64,000 nucleotides of DNA from Macrostomum lignano. Its lineage: Eukaryota. The position numbers and the translations under genes were made by a program. The stretch covers positions 1 to 64,000 of the forward strand of contig NIVC01001565.1 in NCBI GenBank assembly GCA_002269645.1, read 5' to 3'. Shown here in pieces: positions 11,733 to 37,794 of this stretch; within the stretch, counting starts at the first letter, position 1; the number at the start of each line of letters is the position of its first letter. The notes beneath the pieces are model-generated. The model had not been told where the DNA came from, searched no databases, and saw only the letters and a list, made by a program, of their open reading frames with translations.

Positions 11733-12240
11733 GACACATCACACACACACACACAAAGATGCTTCACAAGCTGAGATATTCCCTAGCAATAGTTGTTATA
11801 ACGTTTCCCAATATATTAAATATTATATATAGTTGTTCTTTGAGGAGCCACTACATGACATAAGGAGCCACATGAGGAGCCACTACAGTGAAGCATGCAT
11901 AAAGCAGCAGTACAATTTTCATGCGAAAAGAGCACAGCTTCTAAAAAACAGTTATCTCAAATAGCAACATTAAACAATATTTGGTATATCTAGAAATGTT
12001 GTAACAACTGTTGCTAGAGAATATCTCAGCTTGTGAAGTATCTGTGTATGTTTGATGTGTCTTTTTAAAGCAAAGATATGCGTAAAGTAGCTATGCAATT
12101 TTTACTCAGAAAGAGCAGTGTTTGAAGAGTAATGGCTCCTCAAAAAACAACCCATATACAGTATTTAGTATATTGGGAAATGTCATAACAACCATTGCTA
12201 AGGAATATCTCAGCTTATGAAGCATCTTTGTTTGTGTCTA
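11733..12240. repeat. Three diverged copies of an about 120-bp unit (one +, two -) forming an inverted repeat
   Basis: GCTTCACAAGCTGAGATATTCCCTAGCAA (about 11761) versus TTGCTAGAGAATATCTCAGCTTGTGAAG (about 12011) and TTGCTAAGGAATATCTCAGCTTATGAAGC (about 12195). Confidence 0.75.
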
Positions 12241-12815
12241 GGCCCCTAATGTGTCTTTTTAAAGCAGAGACATACATAAAAAAGTATAAAAATTTACATT
12301 GTCTTGTGTACTAAATAGACAATTTTGTTAAACATTTACTAATGCATAAAGCAATTTATAGGCCCTATCATTCCAATAAGAGCCAGATAAGTTTTAAATA
12401 GTTTTTTCATGATAAAATATATGGCCTATTTTCTTTTCTTTCACTCTAATTTTTAGTTTCATATTTGATTATTCTATATTCTTTGATTCTATATTGCAAA
12501 GTTTTCTTAGTAAAAAATACTTTTTTAATAAAATTTGCTTTCTGAATATTTGGCAACTCATGAGATCTTCATTGAAGTCCCTAATACAAATACTATATTT
12601 GTAGAGAAAATGTAGAAAATGTAGAAAAAGAGTTGTAGAGAAAACATTTTACCTTCTAGGTCTAAAATGATCTTATTTTTAACACCAAAGTTATTAGGGG
12701 TTAGGGCCTACAATGGTTTTTTTCTATGATTTTATCCTATTGTTTGCAATAAAGATATCATAGGGCTTCCTCTGTCTTACCAAAATCTTATTAATATAAT
12801 AGTTTAGGCAATAGG

Positions 12816-12888
12816 GAAGCCATAGCCCAGTGGTAGCATAGCTGCTCTGGTATGCCACTAACCTAGGCTCAATTCCAAGTGCAGTCAC
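12816..12888 (+). pseudogene. Possible tRNA-derived SINE head (degenerate)
   Basis: A-box-like TAGCCCAGTGG and B-box-like GGCTCAATTCC at tRNA spacing. The stems are poor. Confidence 0.3.
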
Positions 12889-13669
12889 ATTAATTTGGGG
12901 CTGAATTGGAATCTCGGCTTGGCTCTGCTCATGCAATTAATGGCCTTGAGAACCAACCCCCAAGGTGCAGTGAAGTGTACATGCCTAACAATAAAGTTAG
13001 GGCTGCTGTACACTTCTATGTGAGTGTGTGCCTGCGTATATATGCCCACGCTTATATGCCTGCTCAGGGGAGCTAGTAAAATGGGCAGTAATGCCATCGC
13101 CAGTTGTGTGCCTATGTCGCTTAAAGTGTGCTAGGGTGCACACAACCCCCCTGCCTCTAAAAAATAAATAGATTGGGCAATTGTACAAGGGCTGTTAGAA
13201 AAGTTCTGTTTATTAGTCAATAAAATTAAAACTAAGCTTGGCCTATATTAAAATATAAAACTTACCAGAAAACTCTATAAGCATCTCATCACTCAAAATA
13301 TTTGCTGCCAACCTTAGGGCATTTTTCCCACTGCAATACAAGTCCGTCAATGCTGGCACTAACACCACTCTTCATTGTGGCCTCCATTTTTTTGCAATAA
13401 GCCTCATTGACTTTCTCCTTGCTACTAAAACGTCGGCCTCACATTGTGTCCTTGATTCTGAGGAAGAGGAAAAAGTTGCATGGGCTGAGATCTAGCAAAT
13501 AAGGTAGATGCAGAAGAATTTCCTAGCCCCATAAAGAGATGGCTTTAATCACCAATTTCTTGCAATGCGGAGCAGCATTGTCTTGCAGTAGGATTGGGCC
13601 CTAGACATGCAAGCTTGGCCTTTTGTCACAAATGGCTCTTTGCACCTTGTGCAACACTTCCAAATATAC

Positions 13670-13828
13670 CTTTTTACGTTCTATTTGATAAAAACTGCAA
13701 CCAATTTGGCCACGGCTCAGCCTGACCATAGACATAGAATTTTCCATAGACAGCCACCGCTAGCGGCAACCAATTTGGTAAAAACTGCAAGCTATTTTGC
13801 CAGCTTGAAGATAGTAGAACGTAAAAAG
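13670..13828. mobile_element. 159-bp MITE nested in the mariner catalytic domain
   Basis: Perfect 14-bp TIR CTTTTTACGTTCTA / TAGAACGTAAAAAG. It interrupts the transposase between DYY and LEVL. Confidence 0.8.
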
Positions 13829-14307
13829 AAATAATAGTCACCATTGACTGTCTAGCTGGCAAGAATAGCCTGATCAAAGATAATGCCCTCACAATCAAAG
13901 AAAGTCACATGCATGATTTTCAGCTGAGCAATGCTCATTGCAGCCTTCACTAGCCTTGGAGATCTAGGCTAGCACCAAGATGCACTCTGCCGCTTCAGTT
14001 CAGCCTCCCACAAAAGTGCCCAAGTCTCATCACAAGCCACAATTCTCTGAAGAAACTGAAGTCCCTCGCACCTGTGTCTGCAGATGAGCTACGCTAAGAG
14101 TTGTGTGGCAGACCTTCTGCTCCTTTGACAGGATATGAGGCAACCACTTTGCACAAATCTTCCTGACTCCAAGATCTTCAGTCAGAACTTTATGAATTAT
14201 GTCATGAGATATGCCAATAGACTTAGCCAGCTGACAAGTGGTGACATGGCTATTTTTTTGCAAAGCAGCTTCCACCTTCTGTACCAACTGTGTTGTTTGT
14301 GGGTCTA

Positions 14308-14811
14308 TGAAATTTGCTTGCAAGAAATTTGCTTGCCAAACTTTGCTGGTCGAATTTTGCTTGCCAAGCTTTGCTTGCCAAACTTTGCTTGTGGAATTTT
14401 GCTTGCCAAAGTCTGCTTGCCAAAGTCTGCTTGCCAAAGTCTGCTTGCCAAAGTCTGCTTGCCAAAGTTTGCTTGCTAAGCTTTGCTTGCTGAACCTTGC
14501 TTGCCAAATTTCGCTTGCTGCCTATAAGCTTGTCAAAGTTTGCTTGCAGGAACTTTGATTGCCAAAATTTGCTTGCCGAGGTTTGCCAGCCACAGTTTTA
14601 TTGCGTAACCTTGAAGGACCTATTTTTGAGCTCTTATATTTCTGCAATTGTGATTGCAAATTTCTAGGAAGCAGACTTCAAAATTCCAGTGGCGTGGCAA
14701 GCAAAATTCCTACAAGCAAATTTCCTGCAAGGAAAGTTCAGCAAGCAAAGTGTGGCATGCAAAGTTTGGCAAGCAAAATTCCGCAAGCAAACTTCCCACA
14801 AGCAAACGTTG
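14308..14811. mobile_element. TA-flanked foldback MITE with TTTGCTTGCCAAA microrepeats, nested in the mariner
   Basis: The left half has TTTGCTTGC repeats and the right half has inverted GCAAGCAAA repeats. TA lies at 14306-14307 and 14812-14813. Confidence 0.72.
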
Positions 14812-15321
14812 TACTCCCATTGTTTATGTCAAACAGGGCTTTCCATTTCAAGGTTCATCTTACACGTCCTCTATGCCAATAAAAACATTTGCTATCTAGC
14901 AAGGAACAGTGTCATATGATAGGCAAGAGCCTGTCATGGCTTGATGCATTGTTGCATGTGTCTCTGTTGGAGACAGTCTAAGCAAGGCATGGAGCTTGAT
15001 GATGGTTCATTTGTCTTCTTTAGAGAAGCTTTTTTGCAAAATGGAGGTGTTCATAATAGGACTTGTAAATTTTCTGCTGTGAAGCTTCTTCTAGTGTCCA
15101 GATTTTAAGCCAAATTTTGTGTAATAGACACTTTATATCCCAGGCAGTGGCCTGGGCTTAGCCATATTTTGTTATGTAACTTACAAAAATATATTGGTCA
15201 TAAGCAAAAGTTTTCTAATAGCCCTCATATAAGAGCCTAAAAGTGTACATTTAATTCTTTTTCTACTTAAATGAATACCAAAATGTTTTTATTATGATAT
15301 AAGATGCATTTAATAGCTACA

Positions 15322-16015
15322 GGTCAAAAAGGCAACAGATCAAAAAGGCGACAGTCAGAAAGGTGATAGTCAAAAGGGCAACAATCAAAAGGGCAACAAT
15401 CATAATATATACAATCATAAGTTCACATGTATTAGACTTCTATGTGTTCAAAATATATTTGGTAATGTACGTGTTAAAATTAGTCCTAGACTTGTGCCTG
15501 CATATTTGTTAACTTTGTTAAAATTTGAATTTGCAATCTATTTTATGATTCCTAGCTAACTAGTGAAAAGCTTTATGAATATCAATAGACCTATAAGAAA
15601 GGTAGAACATATAAAAAGATGAGCATTGACTCATTGAGTCTAGACTAAAAGCAATAACAATTTTCTATGCTGAAAAATGAAAAATTTCTATATCCATTAT
15701 ATTTATTTTTTGGAAAAACTGCCTTGTAAAATTTTCTAAGAAATGGGGTTTTCCATTTGATGCCTGAGTAGTTTTTGGTGCATTACTATACATGCATATA
15801 TAATGCCAATACAACTCTAAGATGTACATTTTAACTACTTGTATATTTTTAACAAAATTCATTTTTTGTTAAAATGTACATTTTGACAAATATATGCAAG
15901 TCTAATATGTGGACATGTAACTGTTATGATTGTCAATTTATCACCCTTTTGACTGTTGCCCTTTTGACTGTCACCCTTTTAACTATTGCCTCTTTGATCT
16001 GTTACCCTTTTGATC
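15322..16015. mobile_element. Foldback element with long imperfect TIRs made of GTCAAAAGGGCAACA-like subrepeats
   Basis: 15322-15440 is the reverse complement of about 15895-16015, including the CACAT..ATTAGACTT block. Confidence 0.7.
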
Positions 16016-17419
16016 AGTTCCCCATTTAACAACATAGAATTGTTCAAAAACAAAAATGTAATATCCATATTATAGAGCTCTTGGGCCTAATGGCCTAATA
16101 GGCCTTGGGGGCACAATGAAGATTAGTGCAGGTGAATGTCTAGCCATCTAGTCATTGCAAGCAATGATTGGGGATAATCAGTTGAAACTTACTGAGATAC
16201 AGGTTTATAATAGCTATATGGTTATAATTAAAAAAATCAATTAAACTAATAAATATAACTAAACTGAACAATTTGTATCATTAAATCTGTTTCCTATCAC
16301 AATGGTGTGATATTTGTCTATGGTATAAAGTTTCAAGACAAAGTAGTGACTCAAAAAAGATATTCATGTTTGATCAGACTTTCTAAACAATCTTTATACT
16401 AGTAGTATATAGACTTAGTAGTGTAAGATTTAGTATATTATGTCTATACTATTGACCTGAGTGGCCTTATGGCACTTTTTGTATTTTGTATCTTTCTTTT
16501 ATAGCTTTCATCTATTTAGATTTTCTCTTAGTCTAGGTCTGGGTGTTCCCAGGATCAGAAGGTCATGGCTCTACACTCAAATCCATTACACAATATGCCA
16601 AAAATTGACTCCCTACAAACAAATTTATTTGTGATATATATACTAGACATTACTAGACTATACTAGACAAGCAATTGTTAAAGAGCCAAAAAGGTGACTG
16701 TACCTAGTTTCTTATGCAGAAAACTATGGGCTATATGTTCCTTTGAGTTTAGGCTTAGGATATTAAGATATCCTAATATCAAACTTTAGGGACTAAATGT
16801 AAGAAAAAGCAAATCAAATGTTTTTATAAAACTTCCATTATTTTTCTTTTTAAATGGAATAAGGAATTTAAAAGTTTGTTATTTTTCATTTCAATGCTAA
16901 TGCTTGATTACCCCTTAACAAAAGATTCTTTTTAAATAAAGGTTTATTGAGAACAATACACAAACACAAAAGCCTCATACTGTTTTATTTATTTATTATT
17001 GTCAATATATAAAAAGAGCAGGAAGTGCATTCATACATTCAAAGTAACATCCATCATATTTAGAAGTATTTGATTGATGTGACCACAGGGTTTTAATTCT
17101 CTAGTTAGCATGTCTGAAAGGCAAAGAATGAAACATTAAATATTAATATACTGGTATCTATCAAATTGTCGTAATTACCTTGAGCTTTAGCACAGCTTTA
17201 TGAATATGAAGGAAAGTTATGATAGCTATTTAAATTTGCAAGATTTAGTAGTTTCTACTAGTGTAAATATCTACACCAGAATTGCAATAAAACAATGTCT
17301 AGACTTCCAAAATGTTTGTTTTGTCATTAATTTTTCAAAGAGTAAGTCAAGTTTTAGATTCTTCTGACTAACTTTGAAGCTAGACTGCTGGCTAAATAAG
17401 CACTGCCTTCTTTTATTAG

Positions 17420-17820
17420 CTTCTCTTTCAACCAGCGAGCTCTCACTTGAGCACTACTTAGCACTGAGTTGCTCACTCCTCACCCACTTGCTTCTCTTTC
17501 AGCCAGCCAGCTCTCACTTGAGCACTACTCAGCACTGAGTGGCTCACTCCTCACCCACTCGCTTCTCTTTCAGCCAGTGAGCTCTCACTTGAGCACTACT
17601 CAGCACTGAGTTGCTCACTCCTCACCCACTCGCTTCTCTTTCAGCCAGTGAGCTCTCACTTGAGCACTACTCAGCACTGAGTTGCTCACTCCTCACCCAC
17701 TCGCTTCTCTTTCAGCCAGTGAGCTCTCACTTGAGCACTACTCAGCACTGAGTTGCTCACTCCTCACCCACTCGCTTCTCTTCATGCCAGTGAGCTCTCA
17801 CTTGAGCACTAATCAGCAGC
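17420..17820 (+). repeat. 71-bp tandem repeat (about 5.5 copies) immediately 5' of SUMO copy 2
   Basis: Reverse complement of 5455-6110. Confidence 0.95.
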
Positions 17821-17824
17821 CAGC

Positions 17825-18091
17825 ATGTCGGGAACCAACGCCTCCAGCGAGCACATCAACCTGAAGGTGCAGGGCCAGGACGGGGCCGTGATCCACTTCA
17901 AGATCAAGAAGAACACCCCGCTGAGGAAGCTGATGACCACTTACTGCGATAGGCTGGGCCTTCGGGCACAGACCGTCCGCTTCATCTTCGACGGAAACAA
18001 CGTGGAGGAGTCGGACACCCCGGCCACGTTGGACATGGAGGAGAATGACACGATTGAGGTGTTCCAGTCTCAGGTCGGCGGCTGCGTGTGA
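17825..18091 (+). CDS. SUMO: SUMO, intronless, 88 aa, copy 2 (inverted duplicate)
   Basis: Protein identical to copy 1. Only one synonymous difference (AAC vs AAT, Asn) was seen by eye. Confidence 0.96.
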   Translation: MSGTNASSEHINLKVQGQDGAVIHFKIKKNTPLRKLMTTYCDRLGLRAQTVRFIFDGNNVEESDTPATLDMEENDTIEVFQSQVGGCV

Positions 18092-18119
18092 GCAGCTGGG
18101 CTGTGCGACTCATTCTCGG

Positions 18120-18520
18120 TGACTGCTATGGGATGTCAGGGCGGTTGTTTTGGAGATTTGGGGAGTTTATCCCACTGACTGCTATGGGGTGTCAGGGCGG
18201 TTGTTTTGGGGATTTGGGGAGTTTATCCCACTGACTGCTATGGAGTGTCAGGGCGGTTGTTTTGGGGATTTGGGGAGTTTATCCCACTGACTGCTATTGG
18301 GTGTCAGGGCGGTTGTTTTGGGGATTTGGGGAGTTTATCCCACTGACTGCTATGGAGTGTCAGGGCGGTTGTTTTGGGGATTTGGGGAGTTAATCCCACT
18401 GACTGCTATGGAGTGTCAGGGCGGTTGTTTTGGGGATTTGGGGAGTTTATCCCACTGACTGCTATTGGGTGTCAGGGCGGTTGTTTTGGGGATTTGGGGA
18501 GTTAATCCCACTGACTGCTC
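18120..18520 (+). repeat. 56-bp tandem repeat (about 7 copies) 3' of SUMO copy 2
   Basis: GACTGCTATG recurs at 18121 and 18177, and GACTGCTA continues the 56-bp period at 18233. Confidence 0.93.
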
Positions 18521-19099
18521 TGGGGAGTTGGGTATTTCCCCAAACAGCTACCCCGATCTGATGCACTTACTGTTTGCTTTACTCTTCACTTTACTGTACG
18601 CTCGTATGTGGTTCCCTTTTCTTAATCTGTGTTTATGTTGTGTTTCTCATTGTGTAATGTTCGAGGTTTTCTAATCTGGATTAATACAGTAGATTATTAA
18701 AATGATAATATTTAGGGTTGGTTTAAATCTCAATCTTATTAGGGAATTAATAACTGTGTTAATACCTGTCTGTTTTTTATTTAATTAAGTCAAAATTCAT
18801 TTTCGCTTTTGTCGTTTAAAATTATAACATCAAATTGTATGCTTTAATGGCAGTCAGTTGATAATAAATAATCTATGCGTATTTATGGCTGGCGTTCAAA
18901 TATAAACTTCAACTAGGGGCTGAGTTATAATATGTTATGCTATAGTTACCCCCGCGCATTTTTATATCGCATGCTCATGCAGTGTTGCTGTCTACAAATT
19001 ATAGTCTTTTTTTGGTTTCATTTTTTAAATACAACAAATATTCCCGAATGTTTAAACAGCTGACTGAAGGAAGTCCCGTTGAAAACTGTCACAAGCGCG

Positions 19100-20930
19100 T
19101 CACGTAGGTTGTAGAAGAATCCCCAACATCTGACTGAAGAATCCCCAACAGCTGACTGAAGAATCCCCAACAGCTGACTGAAGAAGAAGAATCGCCAACA
19201 GCTGACTGAAGAATCGCCAACAGCTGACTGAAGAATCGCCAACAGCTGACTGAAGAATCCCCAACAGCTGACTGAAGAATCCCCAACAGCTGACTGAAGA
19301 ATCGCCAACAGCTGACTGAAGAATCCCAACAGCTGACTGAAGAATCCCCAACAGCTGACTGAAGAATCCCAACAGCTGACTGAAGAATCCCAACAGCTGA
19401 CTGAAGAATCGCCAACAGCTGACTGAAGAATCGCCAACAGCTGACTGAAGAAGAAGAATCGCCAACAGATGACTGAAGAATCGCCAACAGCTGACTGAAG
19501 AAGAAGAATCGCCAACAGATGACTGAAGAATCGCCAACAGCTGACTGAAGAATCGCCAACAGCTGACTGAAGAAGAAGAATCGCCAACAGCTGACTGAAG
19601 AATCGCCAACAGCTGACTGAAGAATCGCCAACAGCTGACTGAAGAATCGCCAACAGCTGACTGAAGAATCGCCAACAGCTGACTGAAGAATCTCCAACAG
19701 CTGACTGAAGAATCGCCAACAGCTGACTGAAGAATCGCCAACAGCTGACTGAAGAATCCCCAACAGCTGACTGAAGAATCCCCAACAGCTGACTGAAGAA
19801 TCCCCAACAGCTGACTGAAGAATCCCCAACAGCTGACTGAAGAATCGCCAACAGCTGACTGAAGAAGAAGAATCGCCAACAGCTGACTGAAGAATCCCCA
19901 ACAGCTGACTGAAGAATCCCAACAGCTGACTGAAGAATCGCCAACAGCTGACTGAAGAATCGCCAACAGCTGACTGAAGAATCCCCAACAGCTGACTGAA
20001 GAATCCCCAACAGCTGACTGAAGAATCCCCAACAGCTGACTGAAGAATCCCCAACAGCTGACTAAAGAATCCCCAACAGCTGACTGAAGAAGAAGAATCG
20101 CCAACAGCTGACTGAAGAATCCCCAACAGCTGACTGAAGAATCCCCAACAGCTGACTGAAGAAGAAGAATCGCCAACAGCTGACTGAAGAATCGCCAACA
20201 GCTGACTGAAGAATCCCCAACAGCTGACTGAAGAATCGCCAACAGCTGACTAAAGAAGAATCGCCAACAGCTGACTGAAGAATCCCCAACAGCTGACTGA
20301 AGAATCCCCAACAGCTGACTGAAGAATCGCCAACAGCTGACTGAAGAATCCCCAACAGCTGACTGAAGAATCCCCAACAGCTGACTGAAGAATCCCCAAC
20401 AGCTGACTGAAGAATCCCCAACAGCTGACTGAGGAATCGCCAACAGCTGACTGAAGAATCCCCAACAGCTGACTGAAGAAGAAGAATCCCCAACAGCTGA
20501 CTGAAGAAGAAGAATCCCCAACAGCTGACTGAAGAAGAAGAATCGCCAACAGCTGACTGAAGAATCCCCAACAGCTGACTGAAGAAGAAGAATCGCCAAC
20601 AGCTGACTGAAGAATCCCCAACAGCTGACTGAAGAAGAAGAATCGCCAACAGCTGACTGAAGAATCCCCAACAGCTGACTGAAGAAGAAGAATCGCCAAC
20701 AGCTGACTGAAGAATCCCCAACAGCTGACTGAAGAAGAAGAATCGCCAACAGCTGACTGAGGAATCGCCAACAGCTGACTGAAGAATCGCCAACAGCTGA
20801 CTGAGGAATCGCCAACAGCTGACTGAAGAATCCCCAACAGCTGACTGAAGAATCGCCAACAGCTGACTGAGGAATCGCCAACAGCTGACTGAAGAATCCT
20901 CAAACTGAAAAATCCCCAACAGCTGACTGA
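19100..20930. repeat. 22-bp minisatellite (GACTGAAGAATC[G/C]CCAACAGCT)n with +6 GAAGAA variants
   Basis: Period 22. The long ORFs on the minus strand are artefacts of it. Confidence 0.96.
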
Positions 20931-21659
20931 AGAACCAGAGCAATGGCAGCAATAAAATGTACAGTTCAAGTTGATCTTACAGATTCAAAGCAGAACAGAT
21001 ATATTTTTCAAATCAATGCGAAGCGAATTATTATTAGAAGGACTATGTAAGTGCGTGTAATCTTGTTTTTACATGTGTTTAGCGGCATACAGTATGTACT
21101 ACAAGTAGGTAGGATTGAAAATATCCCAGAAATTGAACTGAATAAGAACAATGCACAGGTACATGTACATTGGAAACCTGAAGCTACTTCGATTGGGCGT
21201 CTTTGGCTGCATTTTATTGCTTTCCTCAGCGACAGCAATGTACATGACTAATGTACATGTAAATTATTATAACTGCCATAGACAACTGAAGTAGAAGGAC
21301 GCTACAGTCGATTTTAGTATGCTCTAGAGAATGCATAGCGCTGAATGAGACTTGACCATAGACATTCGATCGAGAAAATTCGATTTCTCGAGAATTTAGC
21401 ATGTCGTGCGCATTTATATGCCCAAAACGAAAGTAGACTAAGCGCATTTTGCAAGAAAAGTTTGCAAATGGCTGATCCAATGTTTCTATAGCGTCAGTGA
21501 TAGAATGTGATTTGAAAATATTTTAATGTCACAAAATCCTGCTAAAGTTCAGCAAGTTTTCCTGGCTGAAAATATTATCATATGGACATGAAACTTTTGT
21601 AAGTATAATAAGTATATTCGTAATAATATTCATAGTTTAAATCTTGCGAGCAGCTCAGA

Positions 21660-35406
<13,747 letters not shown>

Positions 35407-36009
35407 TGTCTCGCCGATCTGCTGAGGTTAGCTGTCAGATCGCGGTATCTCAGATCCACTGAACAAAACTTAAGTCGGCCCTTGAGAGCTACTAGTTGGC
35501 AGAAAAAACTGGCGAGAGCGCAGAGGACTTAGCTTGTACCTGCAGCTTAGCTAAATAGCATTGCAGAATCAATCTATGCTGAACACAGAATGACGAGCTG
35601 CGCCGCCAGCCGCACGTACACAAGGGGCCAAGCAGGTAATCTTATCTTCTATCTATTAAGAATATTCACCTTAAAGCTGGATTTGGGAGAGTTCGTTATA
35701 AAGGGTTTTAGCAGGCCTTTTGCTAATGTAGTTTGGACTCTCTGTGTTCACTCTCTCACTCTCTGACGTTTCATGAAAATCTGTGCATATTTCTGTGCGG
35801 CAGAAATACGTTGCTGCAACGCAAGTTGAAAGGTGCAATCTTCCTTTTGTCCTCCCCCCCCGTGTCATTTTAGACTTTCAGAGCGTTTCCACTATTTTAC
35901 AGATGTTAAATAAAATGTTAAATAATCATAAATCTAGGATTAGTCACTGATTTGATCATTTATTTATCATATTTTTATTATATAAATAATTGTGTTAGTT
36001 ATGCATTAG

Positions 36010-37350
36010 TGTCAGTCTCCTTTGAATTAGTGTCAGTTTCCTTTGAATTAGTGTCGGTTTTCTTTTAATAAATGTCAGTCTCCTTTGAATTATTGTCAGA
36101 TTTCTTCGAATTAGTGTCCGTTTTCTTTGAATTAGTGTCAGATTTCTTTGAATTAGTGTCAGTCTCCTTTGAATTAGTGACAGATTTCTTTGAATTAGTG
36201 TCAGTCTCCTTTGACTTAGTGTCAGTTTTCTTTGAATTAGTGTCAGATTTCTTTGAATTAGTGTCAGTTTTCTTTGAATTATTGTCAGTTTTCTTTGAAT
36301 TAGTGTCAGTTTTCTTTGAATTAGCGTCAGTTTCCTTTGAATTAGTGTCAGTTTTCTTTTAATAAATGTCAGTCTCCTTTGAACTAGTGTCAGTCTCCTT
36401 TGAATTAGTGTCAGTTTTCTTTGAAATAGTGTCAGTTTCCTTTGAATTAGTGTCAGATTTCTTCGAATTAGTATCCGTTTTCTTTGAATTAGTGTCAGTT
36501 TTATTTAATTTAGTGTCAGTTTTCGTTGAATTAGTGTCAGTTTTATTTGAATTAGTGTCAGTTTTCTTTGAATTAGTGTCAGTTTTCTTTGAATTAGTGT
36601 CAGTTTTCTTTTAATAAAAGCCAGTCTCCTTTGAATTACTGTCAGATTTCTTCGAATTAGTGTCCGTTTTCTTTGAATTAGTGTCCGTTTTCTTTGAATT
36701 AGTGTCAGATTTCTTTGAATTAGTGTCAGATTTCTTTGAGTTAGTGTCAGTTTTCTTTGAATTGGTGTCAGATTTCTTTGAATTAGTGTCAGTTTTCTTC
36801 GAATTAGTGTCAGTTTTCTTTGAATTAGTGTCAGTTTCCTTTGAATTAGTGTCAGTTTCCTTTGAATTAGTGTCAATCTCTTTTGAATTAGTGTCAATCT
36901 CCTTTGAATTAGTGTCAGTCTCCTTTGAATTAGTGTCAGTCTCCTTTGAATTAGTGTCCGTTCTCTTTTGAATTAGTGTCAGTCTCCTTTGAATTAGTGT
37001 CAGTCTCCTTTGAATTAGTGTCAGTCTCCTTTGAATTAGTGTCAGTTCTCTTTTGAATTAGTGTCAGTTTCCTTTGAATTAGTGTCAGAATTCTTTGAAT
37101 TAGTGTCAGTTCTCTTTTGAATTAGTGTCAGTTTCCTTTGAATTAGTGTCAGAATTCTTTGAATTAGTGTCAGTTTCCTTTGAATTACTGTCAGAATTCT
37201 TTGAATTAGTGTCAGTTTCCTTTGAATTACTGTCAGAATTCTTTGAATTAGTGTCAGTTTCCTTTGAATTACTGTCAGAATTCTTTGAATTAGTGTCAGT
37301 TTTCTTTGAATTAGTGTCAGTTTTCTTTGAATTAGTGTCAGTTTCTGTTT
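36010..37350. repeat. 21-bp minisatellite (TTCTTTGAATTAGTGTCAGTT)n
   Basis: Tandem units giving the 7-aa translation ELVSVFF. Confidence 0.95.
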
Positions 37351-37794
37351 CAGCCTCTGTCAGTTTTAGTGTCAGCCTCTTTTAGTGTCATTGATTCTTA
37401 AATCGTTAGTGCCAGTAAGCAACTTCAAACTATAAAAAATAAATTTGCATAAATATCTGATAGCTTAGAATATTCTGGTGCTAAAAAAGTACAAACTTCA
37501 GTTTCGCTAAAGGTTAGAAGATTCAGATTAATTTTTGATAGAGAAATAATTGAAGCAATGGTAGATGGCACAAGGGACCGCCAGACACTACAGTTAAAAT
37601 TTCATTTAGATAAGAGACGAAGCCCCATGTACTGTAAGAGAAGTTCTTACAAAGAAAAATTAAAATTAAAAATTCTGTATGAAAAGCTTCTGCAGTAGTA
37701 TTGATAAAAAATGCAAGCGAAATCAAAGCATGAAACCTATAGAAGCCTCGAATCGGTCTTTAAAATGGTAAATTGTTATTGTAAATTGAAGGTT

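Larger units (their letters stand above)
13186..15227 (-). mobile_element. Full-length degenerate mariner (Tc1/mariner) transposon with a pseudogenised transposase
   Basis: TIRs CAAGGGCTGTTAGAAAAGTT and AAGTTTTCTAATAGCCCTCA are flanked by TA. Minus-strand remnants include the HTH region, KICAKWLPH (WVPH-like), CDETW, TVNGDYY, LLQDNAAPH and HLPYLLDLSPCNF (YSPDLAPSDF-like), with several in-frame stops. Confidence 0.92.

Noticed and set aside
19018-20969. 593-aa and other long minus-strand ORFs
   Set aside because: They are stop-free readings of the 22-bp satellite in all three frames.
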